Shown here one piece after another: positions 56,332 to 64,000 of a stretch of DNA of 64,000 nt. Under the pieces are notes generated by a model. That model was given only the letters and a program-made list of their open reading frames with translations. It was not told where the DNA came from and did no database searches. Both the position numbers and the translations under genes were made by a program. Every line of letters starts with the position of its first letter. Positions within the stretch are counted from its first letter, which is position 1. The DNA comes from an uncultured Pseudomonadales bacterium (lineage in GTDB: Bacteria > Patescibacteriota > Microgenomatia > UBA1400 > UBA1396), in contig CAZFLN010000003.1 of NCBI GenBank assembly GCA_964519905.1, positions 1,413-65,412 of the forward strand, given 5' to 3'.

Positions 56332-56360
56332 TCGAAAAATGACCGAATTTTTGGTATAAT
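56332..56360 (+). promoter_or_regulatory. promoter of ssrA (extended -10)
   Basis: TGgTATAAT at 56352-56360 with a weak -35 tcgaaa 17 bp upstream. Confidence 0.5.
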
Positions 56361-56402
56361 AAATAGGTGCGAATTTTTGCAATCAGAAATTCACACAGTT
56401 CT

Positions 56403-56788
56403 GGGGATGCATTGCGTTGACGGAACGAGATCGTGAACAGGAGCATGCCGAATTCTCCCGCGTTATGGGGGAGGCTTTTATCTGCCAATAAGATTTCATC
56501 TCTCGTGAACCGAGTAGCTACGGCTGTCTTTGGTTCCGAGTCTGCTTACGCTTTCGCGTAAACCAGATGTCGACTCATTCATCGTCTTAGCGTGAGTGAA
56601 CTCGGCAAAAACCCAGCTAAGATGCGTGTGTCGTTCTGCCCTTTGAGGAACGCGCACTAAGACACGCATTGGCGCCAAGTGTACGTTGGATCACTCACGA
56701 CACTTGGTTTAAGCAAAAGTGATCTGAGCATGGAGTGCCTGTTTATTTTCTCTTTCAGACTCGGGGTCGCTCCCCGACATCTCCACCA
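56403..56788 (+). ncRNA. ssrA: transfer-messenger RNA (tmRNA, SsrA)
   Basis: 5' GGGGAUG pairs with 3' CAUCUCC-A-CCA, including a G3-U wobble (the AlaRS identity element). T-arm-like hairpin before ACCA. GCAUGCCGA block as in E. coli tmRNA. Internal tag frame ends ...ESAYAFA-TAA (stop 56559-56561). A T7 run follows the 3' end. Confidence 0.85.
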
Positions 56789-56801
56789 GTTTTTTTGATG
56801 T

Positions 56802-57431
56802 TTATGCTCTTGCCACTGTGAGCGCATATATGTTTCTCACTCCAGCAGCGTTGAGAGCTCGAGCGCACGCACTGAGTGTGGCTCCTGTTGTGTGGACATC
56901 GTCTACCAGGCAAACGGTTTTGTACTGACTGCGTCGTGTACATCGAAACGCGGTGGTAATGTGGTGACGGTGATTTTTATCTTGTCCCGCCTGCGACTGC
57001 TGCCAGTGGGTTCGGTGTAGGAGTGTTGTGTCCGTGGGAATGCCTGATCGACAAGAAAGACGTTCTGCGAGCAGAACTGTCTGATTGAATCCTCGAGCGC
57101 GCTGGCGCTTGGGGTGGAGAGGGACTGGGATGAGTGCTTCTATTTTGTGTTGGTGGAGCCAAGGTTGGCTTTGCTGCGCCAGCGCGTCTCCCAGCGGCTG
57201 AGCAAGTACTCGTGCTCGTTTGTACTTATAGGTATGGAGGATTTTTGCCATGTGCTCGTCGTACTCACAGAGACTCCAGATTTTTCGCAGACTTGGATGG
57301 GCGAGTTTGGGCAGGACTTCTGGCCGATCACACCAAGACATTCTGCGCCAGCAACGGGCGCAAATCCATTTCCTGAATCGCCCACACCCTTGGCAAAACG
57401 GTGGAAACAATATATCGAGGATATGCATCAA
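56802..57431 (-). CDS. comF: ComF family protein (phosphoribosyltransferase domain)
   Basis: N-terminal Cys-rich zinc finger (CQGCGRF...CARCW). C-terminal PRTase motif VCLVDDVHTTGATL. Confidence 0.75.
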   Translation of the reverse strand: MMHILDILFPPFCQGCGRFRKWICARCWRRMSWCDRPEVLPKLAHPSLRKIWSLCEYDEHMAKILHTYKYKRARVLAQPLGDALAQQSQPWLHQHKIEALIPVPLHPKRQRARGFNQTVLLAERLSCRSGIPTDTTLLHRTHWQQSQAGQDKNHRHHITTAFRCTRRSQYKTVCLVDDVHTTGATLSACARALNAAGVRNIYALTVARA

Positions 57432-57461
57432 TCAGACAGTAGCAGTTAAATCAAACAACAT

Positions 57462-57490
57462 TTGTACAAAATCTCGCTTTCCCCTACAAT
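57462..57490 (+). promoter_or_regulatory. sigma70-like promoter directly abutting the dedA start (leaderless or very short leader)
   Basis: TTGTAC, 17-bp spacer, TACAAT. ATG at 57497 lies only 7 nt after the -10. Confidence 0.45.
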
Positions 57491-57496
57491 GACGGA

Positions 57497-58168
57497 ATGG
57501 AAGAAATGCTCGCCCCGCTTATTAATTGGATTGAGTCGCTCGCCACGAGTGTCAGTCTCGAAGTTTTTGTGGTAGTGGGAGCGTTCTTAGAAGAGCTGAT
57601 TGCTCCGATTCCTTCTCCGTTTGTGATGACTACTGCTGCCGTGCTGGCACAAGTCCAAGGGTATACTTGGATGCATCTTGGATTCTTGATCCTGCTCGCC
57701 ACTGCTGCCAAAACGCTCTCTACGTACTGTGTGTACGTGATTGCTGATAAAGCAGAAGATGTGGTGATCGGGCGTTTTGGAAAGTATTTTGGCGTTTCCC
57801 ACGGTCACATTGAAAGTCTTGGCAAGATGTTGACCAAGTCTTGGTGGGATGATGTGCTGCTGCTGATCGCTCGCTCGGTGCCGATTATCCCAACCTTCCC
57901 AGTTTCTGTTGGTGCGGGTGTGATCAAGTACAACGTTCGCTCGTACGTGCTAATGACATTTATTGGAACATTTATTCGAAACATTATTTATCTTTGGGTC
58001 GCGTACTTTGGCTGGAATGGTTTCCAAGCCATTCGCCGAGATCTGTGGGAACACCCACTGTGGCTGGCGATTGGTGTGATTGTTTTGCTCTTGATCTTCA
58101 TCTGGATTATGCGGGCCAAAGATACGCTCTGGGAGCGAATTCTGCGCAGAAATCCGTTTCAAAAGTAG
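57497..58168 (+). CDS. DedA/VTT-domain family membrane protein
   Basis: 223 aa with multiple TM segments and DedA-like blocks (GAFLEELIAPIPSPFVM, LIARSVPIIPTFPVSVGAGV). Confidence 0.6.
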   Translation: MEEMLAPLINWIESLATSVSLEVFVVVGAFLEELIAPIPSPFVMTTAAVLAQVQGYTWMHLGFLILLATAAKTLSTYCVYVIADKAEDVVIGRFGKYFGVSHGHIESLGKMLTKSWWDDVLLLIARSVPIIPTFPVSVGAGVIKYNVRSYVLMTFIGTFIRNIIYLWVAYFGWNGFQAIRRDLWEHPLWLAIGVIVLLLIFIWIMRAKDTLWERILRRNPFQK

Positions 58169-58269
58169 TGTTTGTTGCGAATTTTTAGCAGAAGATTTTC
58201 AGAGAAGGATTTTCCGGTCTGATGATACAATATGACAACACGACAAAGAGTTTTTACTCTTCGTTCCTT

Positions 58270-58356
58270 GGAAGGGTCGCATAGTGGTCGAGTGCGGTAG
58301 TCTTGAAAACTACTGAGGGTTTACGCTCTCCGTGGGTTCGAATCCCACCCCTTCCG
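58270..58356 (+). tRNA. tRNA-Ser (anticodon UGA)
   Basis: Acceptor GGAAGGG/CCCTTCC, 3-bp D-stem, anticodon stem GTAGT/ACTAC with loop CTTGAAA, long variable arm, T-arm GTGGG-TTCGAAT-CCCAC. No encoded CCA. Confidence 0.9.
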
Positions 58357-58486
58357 CAAGTCTTTCTCGCTTTCCCATTCGCTGCTATACATGGAATAAT
58401 TTGATGTATGGTGTACTATATGTTGTAAACTCACATCTCAGTTTTCCTTGTTTTTTTATGTAGTATGTAGAAGAAAAAATTTGTTT

Positions 58487-59317
58487 ATGAAAAATGCACA
58501 TTTTTTAAATGGTCAAATTGTCTCTGAGGATGATCTACAGATATCACCACGAGATTTGGGCTATTCCCGTGGATATGCTGTTTTTGAATTTATGCTTGCT
58601 CATAAAGGTCGTCCGTTTATGCTTGATAAGCATATGGATAGATTGTTTGCTTCTTGTGAGTCAATAGCACTTACTCTACCTTGGTCAAAAGAGCAAATTT
58701 CTGAATGGGTACTAAAAACTCTTGATGCAAATAAGTCTAAAGAAGAAAAAGTTATACGTATCATAATTTCCGGGGGACCATCTGAGACACTTGTTCCTGC
58801 AAGTATGCCCACCATAGTGATGGTGGTTGATTCTCGTCTTGGAGGCCTCCCTGAAGAATATGAAAAGGGCGTTCATGTTTTGCTTTCTGAATTTCAAAGG
58901 TATGAGCCTCAAGCTAAAACAAATAATTATATTGAAGCAGTTCGGCAGTTTAGATCCATACCTAAGGATATTCATGAAGTTATATATCATTCCGAAAATA
59001 TGGTGCGTGAAGGAACAAGGTGTAATGTGTTTGCATTGGTAAATGGTACTTTGGTCACTCCTAGAACTGGTATTTTGGAAGGAATCACAAGAAGTGTAAT
59101 ACTTAATGAATTACAACTGTCCCTACCAGTTGAGACGAGAGATTTTTCTGTAAAAGAATTACTTGAATCTCCAGAAGTATTCATCACTGCAACAAGTAAG
59201 GAAGTGATGCCAGTAACTAAGCTGAACAACCAACTTGTGGGAGATGGTTTAGTAGGTCCCGTCACCAAAGAGGTAATGAGTAAGTTCCGCGCTTTTTTTG
59301 AGTCAGATCTTTGGTAG
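58487..59317 (+). CDS. class IV (fold type IV) aminotransferase (D-amino-acid/branched-chain aminotransferase family)
   Basis: RGYAVFEFM, RIIISGGPS and EGTRCNVFALVNGTLVTPRTGILEGITRSV blocks. AT-rich codon usage. The true start is taken as MKNAHF. Confidence 0.65.
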   Translation: MKNAHFLNGQIVSEDDLQISPRDLGYSRGYAVFEFMLAHKGRPFMLDKHMDRLFASCESIALTLPWSKEQISEWVLKTLDANKSKEEKVIRIIISGGPSETLVPASMPTIVMVVDSRLGGLPEEYEKGVHVLLSEFQRYEPQAKTNNYIEAVRQFRSIPKDIHEVIYHSENMVREGTRCNVFALVNGTLVTPRTGILEGITRSVILNELQLSLPVETRDFSVKELLESPEVFITATSKEVMPVTKLNNQLVGDGLVGPVTKEVMSKFRAFFESDLW

Positions 59318-59325
59318 TTTTTTTG

Positions 59326-60138
59326 TTAGGTCCACAAAGATAGTGCCCCATCTTTCAATGTCATGAATGTGTTAAGTGCAAGTCGTGGTTTGTTTGACTT
59401 TATTGCTTCTACTTGGTGAAAATTTCGTGATCGAAACACTACTAAATCTCCCGCTGAGGGCATTACCGTGGCGTGTGGAGTACTATTGAGAAAGTCCTCG
59501 GTGAAGCCATACGTTCCTTTTTGTCCAATATCATTATTGTGCCCCTCGTCCTCTTGTTTCCAAGGTCGATTGTAGACAGTCAACCCTCCACCTTGAGCGA
59601 CCATCTGGAGATATAATACGAGACCAAATTGCTCCTGTGAATCAGATACGCTCCATCCTGGCAGTTGATTTGGAGCATAGTCAAAGTGTAGGGTGCTTTT
59701 TGCTCCCATAGCTCTAATAAGGCCTGCGAAGTATTGAGCATTTTGCATATCTGGTTCAGTCGCTAGAGAAGTGATGTAACTACGTGAAAAAAGTTCAATA
59801 ATTCTATTGATTGGGTTTCGGACGCCTTCAAATATTTCATCTCGAACTCTTGAAGCTTGTGGAGCTGAATCAAAGTACTTTTTCTTACCATCATCTTTAT
59901 AGTGATATTCTGTTGTGCTTATACCAATTCTACCCTGCTGATTTTCTTTGTTTGGGTACCACTGTATTGCTTTTTTTTCCAAATTTTTGATCACTATTTC
60001 GAGTTCTTGTGATAATAAGAATTGACTGATTTGAATAGCTGCAAATTCGTTTGCTGAAAGTGCTGGAAGGAGTGAGGATACTTCAACTGAGTCATCTGCG
60101 CCTAATTGAGCCACGCTCCATTGATTCTCTTTGCTCAT
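59326..60138 (-). CDS. 2-oxoglutarate/Fe(II)-dependent oxygenase superfamily protein
   Basis: HxD (LHFDY), distal His (NFHQVEAI) and Arg (RLAL) spaced as in PhyH/P4H-like dioxygenases. Confidence 0.5.
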   Translation of the reverse strand: MSKENQWSVAQLGADDSVEVSSLLPALSANEFAAIQISQFLLSQELEIVIKNLEKKAIQWYPNKENQQGRIGISTTEYHYKDDGKKKYFDSAPQASRVRDEIFEGVRNPINRIIELFSRSYITSLATEPDMQNAQYFAGLIRAMGAKSTLHFDYAPNQLPGWSVSDSQEQFGLVLYLQMVAQGGGLTVYNRPWKQEDEGHNNDIGQKGTYGFTEDFLNSTPHATVMPSAGDLVVFRSRNFHQVEAIKSNKPRLALNTFMTLKDGALSLWT

Positions 60139-60261
60139 AGTATCTCCTTTTCCTATCTATAATATGTTGTTTATAAATTTGGATCTTATCATGGAAGTTA
60201 CTTGGAAAGTAGCGCATACTTGGAATCGTGTATAATTTAGCATCTGGGAAAAGGTACTCAT

Positions 60262-61713
60262 ATGAAAATTGTAAATTTGCTGCTCATTGGACTCGGCCCT
60301 CACGCGAGACGTATTTATGTCCCCGCTCTTTTCAAATTAGCTAAGGATTTTCCTGTACGACTCATTGTCGCTGTAGACTTGAAAAGCCAAAAAAATTCTA
60401 TCGAGAATTACCTTCAGAATAATGGATATGATTTGGAAATGTTGTATCTTAATCCCTTTGATGTCACTGAAGGAATTCCTGATCGCTCAGAGCAAATGCT
60501 AAATTTTTTGGTTGATAGGTTTGATATACATGGTGTTGTCATATCGACAGAGCCCACTGTTCATAAGTCCTATGCCGAATGGGCCCTTCGAAAAAGGCTA
60601 CACATTCTTATGGACAAACCAATTTCTGTGAGGAAGGGTATTAGCGTTGATCAATCTCAAGCAAAGGGTTTGATTGATGACTATAATGAGCTTTTCAAGC
60701 TATACAAATCTATTCAGAAAGATAAATCAACAATTTTTTCTATAAACGTTCAGAGAAGATATGAGCGAGGCTTCGATAAAGTTCGAGATCTGGTTTCAGA
60801 AACAACTCAAAAGTTTAATGTTCCCGTGACATCTATGCAAATTATGCATGCTGACGGTTCATGGAGATTCCCAAAAGAAATACTCAGCCAACCATCTCAT
60901 GGTCTCCAAGATGGATTTGGGAAAGTGTCACATAGTGGATATCACTTGTTTGATATGGCTTGGCAAATCTATCAGTCTAGTCGTGTTCAAAATAAGCAAC
61001 CTGATCAACTAGAAATTTTTTCTTCACCTTTAAATCCTACAGGGCTCGACGTTAACTTGAATGAGAAAGACTATATCAAATATTTTGGATCTAACTATGA
61101 ACGAACCGGACTTTCTTCGAAGCAATACTTAGCCAAAGTCTCTGACTATGGTGAGATCGACTCATTTAACATGATCAGACTCCTTAAGGAGGGTGAGAAT
61201 ATTTGTAACATCTCTATAAATTTGTTGCATAGTAGTTTTTCAAGACGTTCATGGGCAAAACCCAATGAAGACCTATATAAGGGGAATGGAAGAGTAAAGC
61301 ATCAGCAATTTACAATTCAACAAGGGCCTTTTCAGTGTATCCAAGTTCATAACTATCAATCTAAAGATAAACATGATGTAGATAACTCTAATGAGTTTGA
61401 GGTGGGTGGAAACAATCATTTTGATATATATGTATTCCGTAATGTTGGTATGTTTGGTGAAGGAAATGCCTTCCAGAAAATATCTGCAACGGAATTAGAG
61501 GAACGGACAGATGATACCGGACTGACAAATGAAAATGCTAAACACCGTGTAATAATAGAATTTATTAATTTTATTCTTGGGCGAATACATTTGAATGATG
61601 TGAAATCAAATATTGACTCCCATGATGTTCCTACGAAGTTAATGAGTGGGGTGTCTCAGTCGAGTGCAAATATTCGTAGTAATAAAAATCCTTTAGTTCG
61701 TATCACGATATGA
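60262..61713 (+). CDS. Gfo/Idh/MocA family oxidoreductase with extended C-terminal domain
   Basis: N-terminal Rossmann KIVNLLLIGLGPHARRIYVPAL and HILMDKP (EKP-like) motif. 483 aa. An extended -10 TGTATAAT lies upstream. Confidence 0.6.
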   Translation: MKIVNLLLIGLGPHARRIYVPALFKLAKDFPVRLIVAVDLKSQKNSIENYLQNNGYDLEMLYLNPFDVTEGIPDRSEQMLNFLVDRFDIHGVVISTEPTVHKSYAEWALRKRLHILMDKPISVRKGISVDQSQAKGLIDDYNELFKLYKSIQKDKSTIFSINVQRRYERGFDKVRDLVSETTQKFNVPVTSMQIMHADGSWRFPKEILSQPSHGLQDGFGKVSHSGYHLFDMAWQIYQSSRVQNKQPDQLEIFSSPLNPTGLDVNLNEKDYIKYFGSNYERTGLSSKQYLAKVSDYGEIDSFNMIRLLKEGENICNISINLLHSSFSRRSWAKPNEDLYKGNGRVKHQQFTIQQGPFQCIQVHNYQSKDKHDVDNSNEFEVGGNNHFDIYVFRNVGMFGEGNAFQKISATELEERTDDTGLTNENAKHRVIIEFINFILGRIHLNDVKSNIDSHDVPTKLMSGVSQSSANIRSNKNPLVRITI

Positions 61714-62336
61714 CAGGATCAATTTATCTCATCGGGGGAGGAGAAATTAGAGGTGGGGAAACCCATCTAATCCATGAGAATATTATGTCGCTTGCTCCCA
61801 AAGGATCTACTCTCGTGTTTTTTGGTTTTGCTGCACAAGATAGTGCTGATTATGCTAATGCTATCAAATCTGTTTTTGGCAAGAAATTTAAAGTTTTAGT
61901 TCCTACAAAAGAAAAAGGTCATGAATATGCTATCAACGCTATTCAATCCTCATCAGTAATATATCTTGGCGGTGGCGATACAGATCTATTGATACGATTA
62001 TTTTCTGAGTGGAAGCTTGTTGAACATTTATCAGCTGCAGTCGCAAAAGGTGTTCATGTTGCGGGTATGAGTGCTGGGGCTCAAGCGTTGTCTCATTGGT
62101 ATATCCATGAAGAAGGCGAAAACATGGAAGTAAGAAAGGGTTGGGGTTTTGCTTCTGTCTGCACGCTAGTACATGCTCATCGAGACTCATTCGAAAAGGC
62201 CAAATCTGTATGGGAGAACTTCCCGAGAGAGGATGAGTGTTCTTTTGTGGCGATTGGCGAGAGAGCCGCCTGGTGTATTAACTCATCGGGAAAGCAAAGA
62301 ATTGGCAGTGGCAATATTTATGGAGAAGATTCTTAG
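61710..62336 (+). CDS. peptidase S51 family (dipeptidase E/cyanophycinase-like)
   Basis: IYLIGGGE, VIYLGGGDTDLL and catalytic-Ser block VAGMSAGAQAL. ATGA overlap with the upstream oxidoreductase. Confidence 0.6.
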   Translation: MTGSIYLIGGGEIRGGETHLIHENIMSLAPKGSTLVFFGFAAQDSADYANAIKSVFGKKFKVLVPTKEKGHEYAINAIQSSSVIYLGGGDTDLLIRLFSEWKLVEHLSAAVAKGVHVAGMSAGAQALSHWYIHEEGENMEVRKGWGFASVCTLVHAHRDSFEKAKSVWENFPREDECSFVAIGERAAWCINSSGKQRIGSGNIYGEDS

Positions 62337-62416
62337 TATTGTTTACCGAGTTAAGGTAACGAACGTGATACAATGCAATTGTTCTATTAAATCGCTAGGC
62401 ACCCAAGGGAGACGCA

Positions 62417-63079
62417 GTGAGTGAAAGAATAAATAACGTCTTTCGAACTGTTCAAGCTGAGACGCAGTGTCCTTTTGCTAAATCAGCCATTATCACATTT
62501 GCACGTCCAATTTCAGCTGAGTTTTCTATACCAGAAGCCGCTCAACAACTTTTTGAAGATCTTGTTGCTTATGTTAAAGAAGGTATTGTAACAGTGCCTG
62601 ATGGTCTGGCAGTTGCTCTGCCCAATACGGTGATTGGAGAAGACTTTAAATCCTTAACGTTAGGATTTAAGGCTCTGTACCACGCACTAAAAATACATGA
62701 TGGATTGAGCGAAGAGTCTATAACTACCGAGAACATTGAAGATCCAGGCTGGCAACTGACGATAGCCGAACAACGTCTATTTACACTTGTTTTTGGATCG
62801 TTGTATCCTGCTAATAACCCACGTCATATTTCTATAGCGGACACTACTTTTGTATTTTTTCAACCAGTTCAAAGTTTTAGCGATCGAATACCAGCTGATA
62901 AGCACAGCGAAGAATTCAAGAAACTAAAACAGAGTATTCGGACTCGCTTTAGTGAAGCAGGAAGAGCGTATGATGCAGCCATCCATGATGACCCACGAGA
63001 AGCTGCGAAATATCTGTCCCCTCTACATTTAGGCATGCCAGCGGTGGAGTGGTGGAAAAGTGATCGGCCTGAAGAATAG
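62417..63079 (+). CDS. YqcI/YcgG family protein (tentative)
   Basis: N-terminal QCPFAKSAIITF resembles the FPCxFA signature of YqcI/YcgG. Size is ~220 aa. Confidence 0.35.
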   Translation: MSERINNVFRTVQAETQCPFAKSAIITFARPISAEFSIPEAAQQLFEDLVAYVKEGIVTVPDGLAVALPNTVIGEDFKSLTLGFKALYHALKIHDGLSEESITTENIEDPGWQLTIAEQRLFTLVFGSLYPANNPRHISIADTTFVFFQPVQSFSDRIPADKHSEEFKKLKQSIRTRFSEAGRAYDAAIHDDPREAAKYLSPLHLGMPAVEWWKSDRPEE

Positions 63080-63121
63080 TTTTATTCAACCTAAAATTTA
63101 TCAGTAATTAAAGGAGTTGTT

Positions 63122-64000
63122 ATGACGGAGCATTTGAAATCGAGATTTCAGCAATACCATCAGGATAAAGGTTTTTCTATTTACAAACCCTTTCCATTAG
63201 TAACTACTGATGATCCTACGGTTTTGTTTACCAATGCTACTATTACTCCATTTAAAAACATGTTTACCGGAGAAACGGCTGCTGGAAATTATGCTCTTGT
63301 GCAAAAGTGTCTTCGTTTAGGCGGCACGGGTGGGAATGCGGATAGAGCTCGCGAGGACATACACTACACTTCACTGTTTGAGATGCTTGGTAGTGGGTAT
63401 TTTGGTGTAAGTCCAGTGGTTGCCCTAGAATATTTCGTTGAAATGTTAGAGGCATTAGGGCTCCAAATGGAAAAAATGATCTTTTCTTCAATAGAAGGCA
63501 ATCCACTAGCAGCGGCACTCATGTCTTCGACCTTAGATTTAAATCAGATTCGTATTGTTAAAGACCCGAAAGAATTGCAACATGAGTGGAGTTTTGGCGA
63601 AGGAGATTTGCATGGCGTTGGCGTGATTGCATGGTTTGACTCAGAAGGACTAGGAAAAAACACTGCTTTGAGTGACTGTTTGCAGATAGGTAGGATTGTA
63701 CACATTGATGGTATTTCTGAAGGCGGATCTGTAAGACCTTTTGAGTACAACGCATTTGATGTGGGATTGGGTATGGGTAGAGTTGAGCGTGCTATAACAG
63801 GTCAAGGGGAAGCTTCCTTACAGCCTTGGAGGGATCTATCTAAACAATTTAAAAATATTTTTGAGCATATCTCTGATGGAGATGCTCACTACATGTCAAA
63901 TCTTTGCCTGGTTATTGATGAGTTAACTTTTGAAGGACTAGAACCAGGGAAGAAGAAACACTCGTACGTACTTAGAAAAATTATTCGTTCCTTGATAGAG
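63122..64000 (+). CDS. alanyl-tRNA synthetase catalytic-domain paralog (divergent; C-terminus beyond window)
   Basis: Strong RBS AAAGGAG. Open frame to the window end. Collinear AlaRS blocks: DPTVLFTNATITPFKNMFTG, QKCLRLGG, HYTSLFEMLGSGYFG, DVGLGMGRVERAI and SYVLRKIIRSL. The motif-2 Arg context (RHHTFFEMLGN) and the GPCGPC block are not conserved. Confidence 0.6.
   Translation, partial: MTEHLKSRFQQYHQDKGFSIYKPFPLVTTDDPTVLFTNATITPFKNMFTGETAAGNYALVQKCLRLGGTGGNADRAREDIHYTSLFEMLGSGYFGVSPVVALEYFVEMLEALGLQMEKMIFSSIEGNPLAAALMSSTLDLNQIRIVKDPKELQHEWSFGEGDLHGVGVIAWFDSEGLGKNTALSDCLQIGRIVHIDGISEGGSVRPFEYNAFDVGLGMGRVERAITGQGEASLQPWRDLSKQFKNIFEHISDGDAHYMSNLCLVIDELTFEGLEPGKKKHSYVLRKIIRSLIE

Noticed and set aside
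56496-56943. Minus-strand ORFs 56496-56678 and 56755-56943
   Set aside because: They lie inside and antisense to the tmRNA gene and the comF 3' end. The region is explained by ssrA.
1-64000. CRISPR arrays, rRNA genes and IS or transposase genes
   Set aside because: No regularly spaced direct repeats, rRNA-like conserved stretches or transposase motifs were found on either strand.

Overview
This 64-kb window is a bacterial chromosomal segment of moderate GC with tightly packed, often overlapping genes. Three themes are interleaved.

(1) Housekeeping genes:
- Proteins: uvrB, lexA, xseAB, msrAB fusion, miaA, ftsH, a 5'-3' exonuclease, recO, glyQS, rpmG, a Xer-type recombinase, comF and an FtsB-like protein.
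- RNA genes: tmRNA (ssrA), tRNA-Thr(UGU) and tRNA-Ser(UGA).

(2) Two large cell-envelope glycan loci:
- Locus I (about 12.7-28.6 kb) has rmlBCD, two WbbL-like GT2 enzymes, an O-antigen-ligase-like protein, a GT-C enzyme, three GT4 enzymes, ManC, an initiating sugar-1-phosphate transferase and a large extracytoplasmic protein.
- Locus II (about 44.1-56.3 kb) has ugd and rmd-gmd (the GDP-D-rhamnose route), a polyprenol-phosphate sugar synthase fused to GtrA, a second DPM-like GT2, several GT-C membrane glycosyltransferases, a UbiA-family prenyl-phosphate transferase and a WecA/MraY-like transferase.
- Together these resemble a lipid-linked-donor, GT-C-driven wall glycan assembly, loosely like the actinobacterial linker/arabinogalactan pathway.

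(3) A visibly AT-richer island that starts immediately after tRNA-Ser (about 58.36 kb to the window end). It encodes a class IV aminotransferase, a 2OG/Fe(II) oxygenase, a long Gfo/Idh/MocA oxidoreductase, a peptidase S51/cyanophycinase-like protein, a YqcI/YcgG-like protein and a divergent AlaRS catalytic-domain paralog. This last is the most unusual candidate system in the window.

No CRISPR array, rRNA or obvious transposase was seen. All functional calls rest on motifs recognised by eye; no database search was run.
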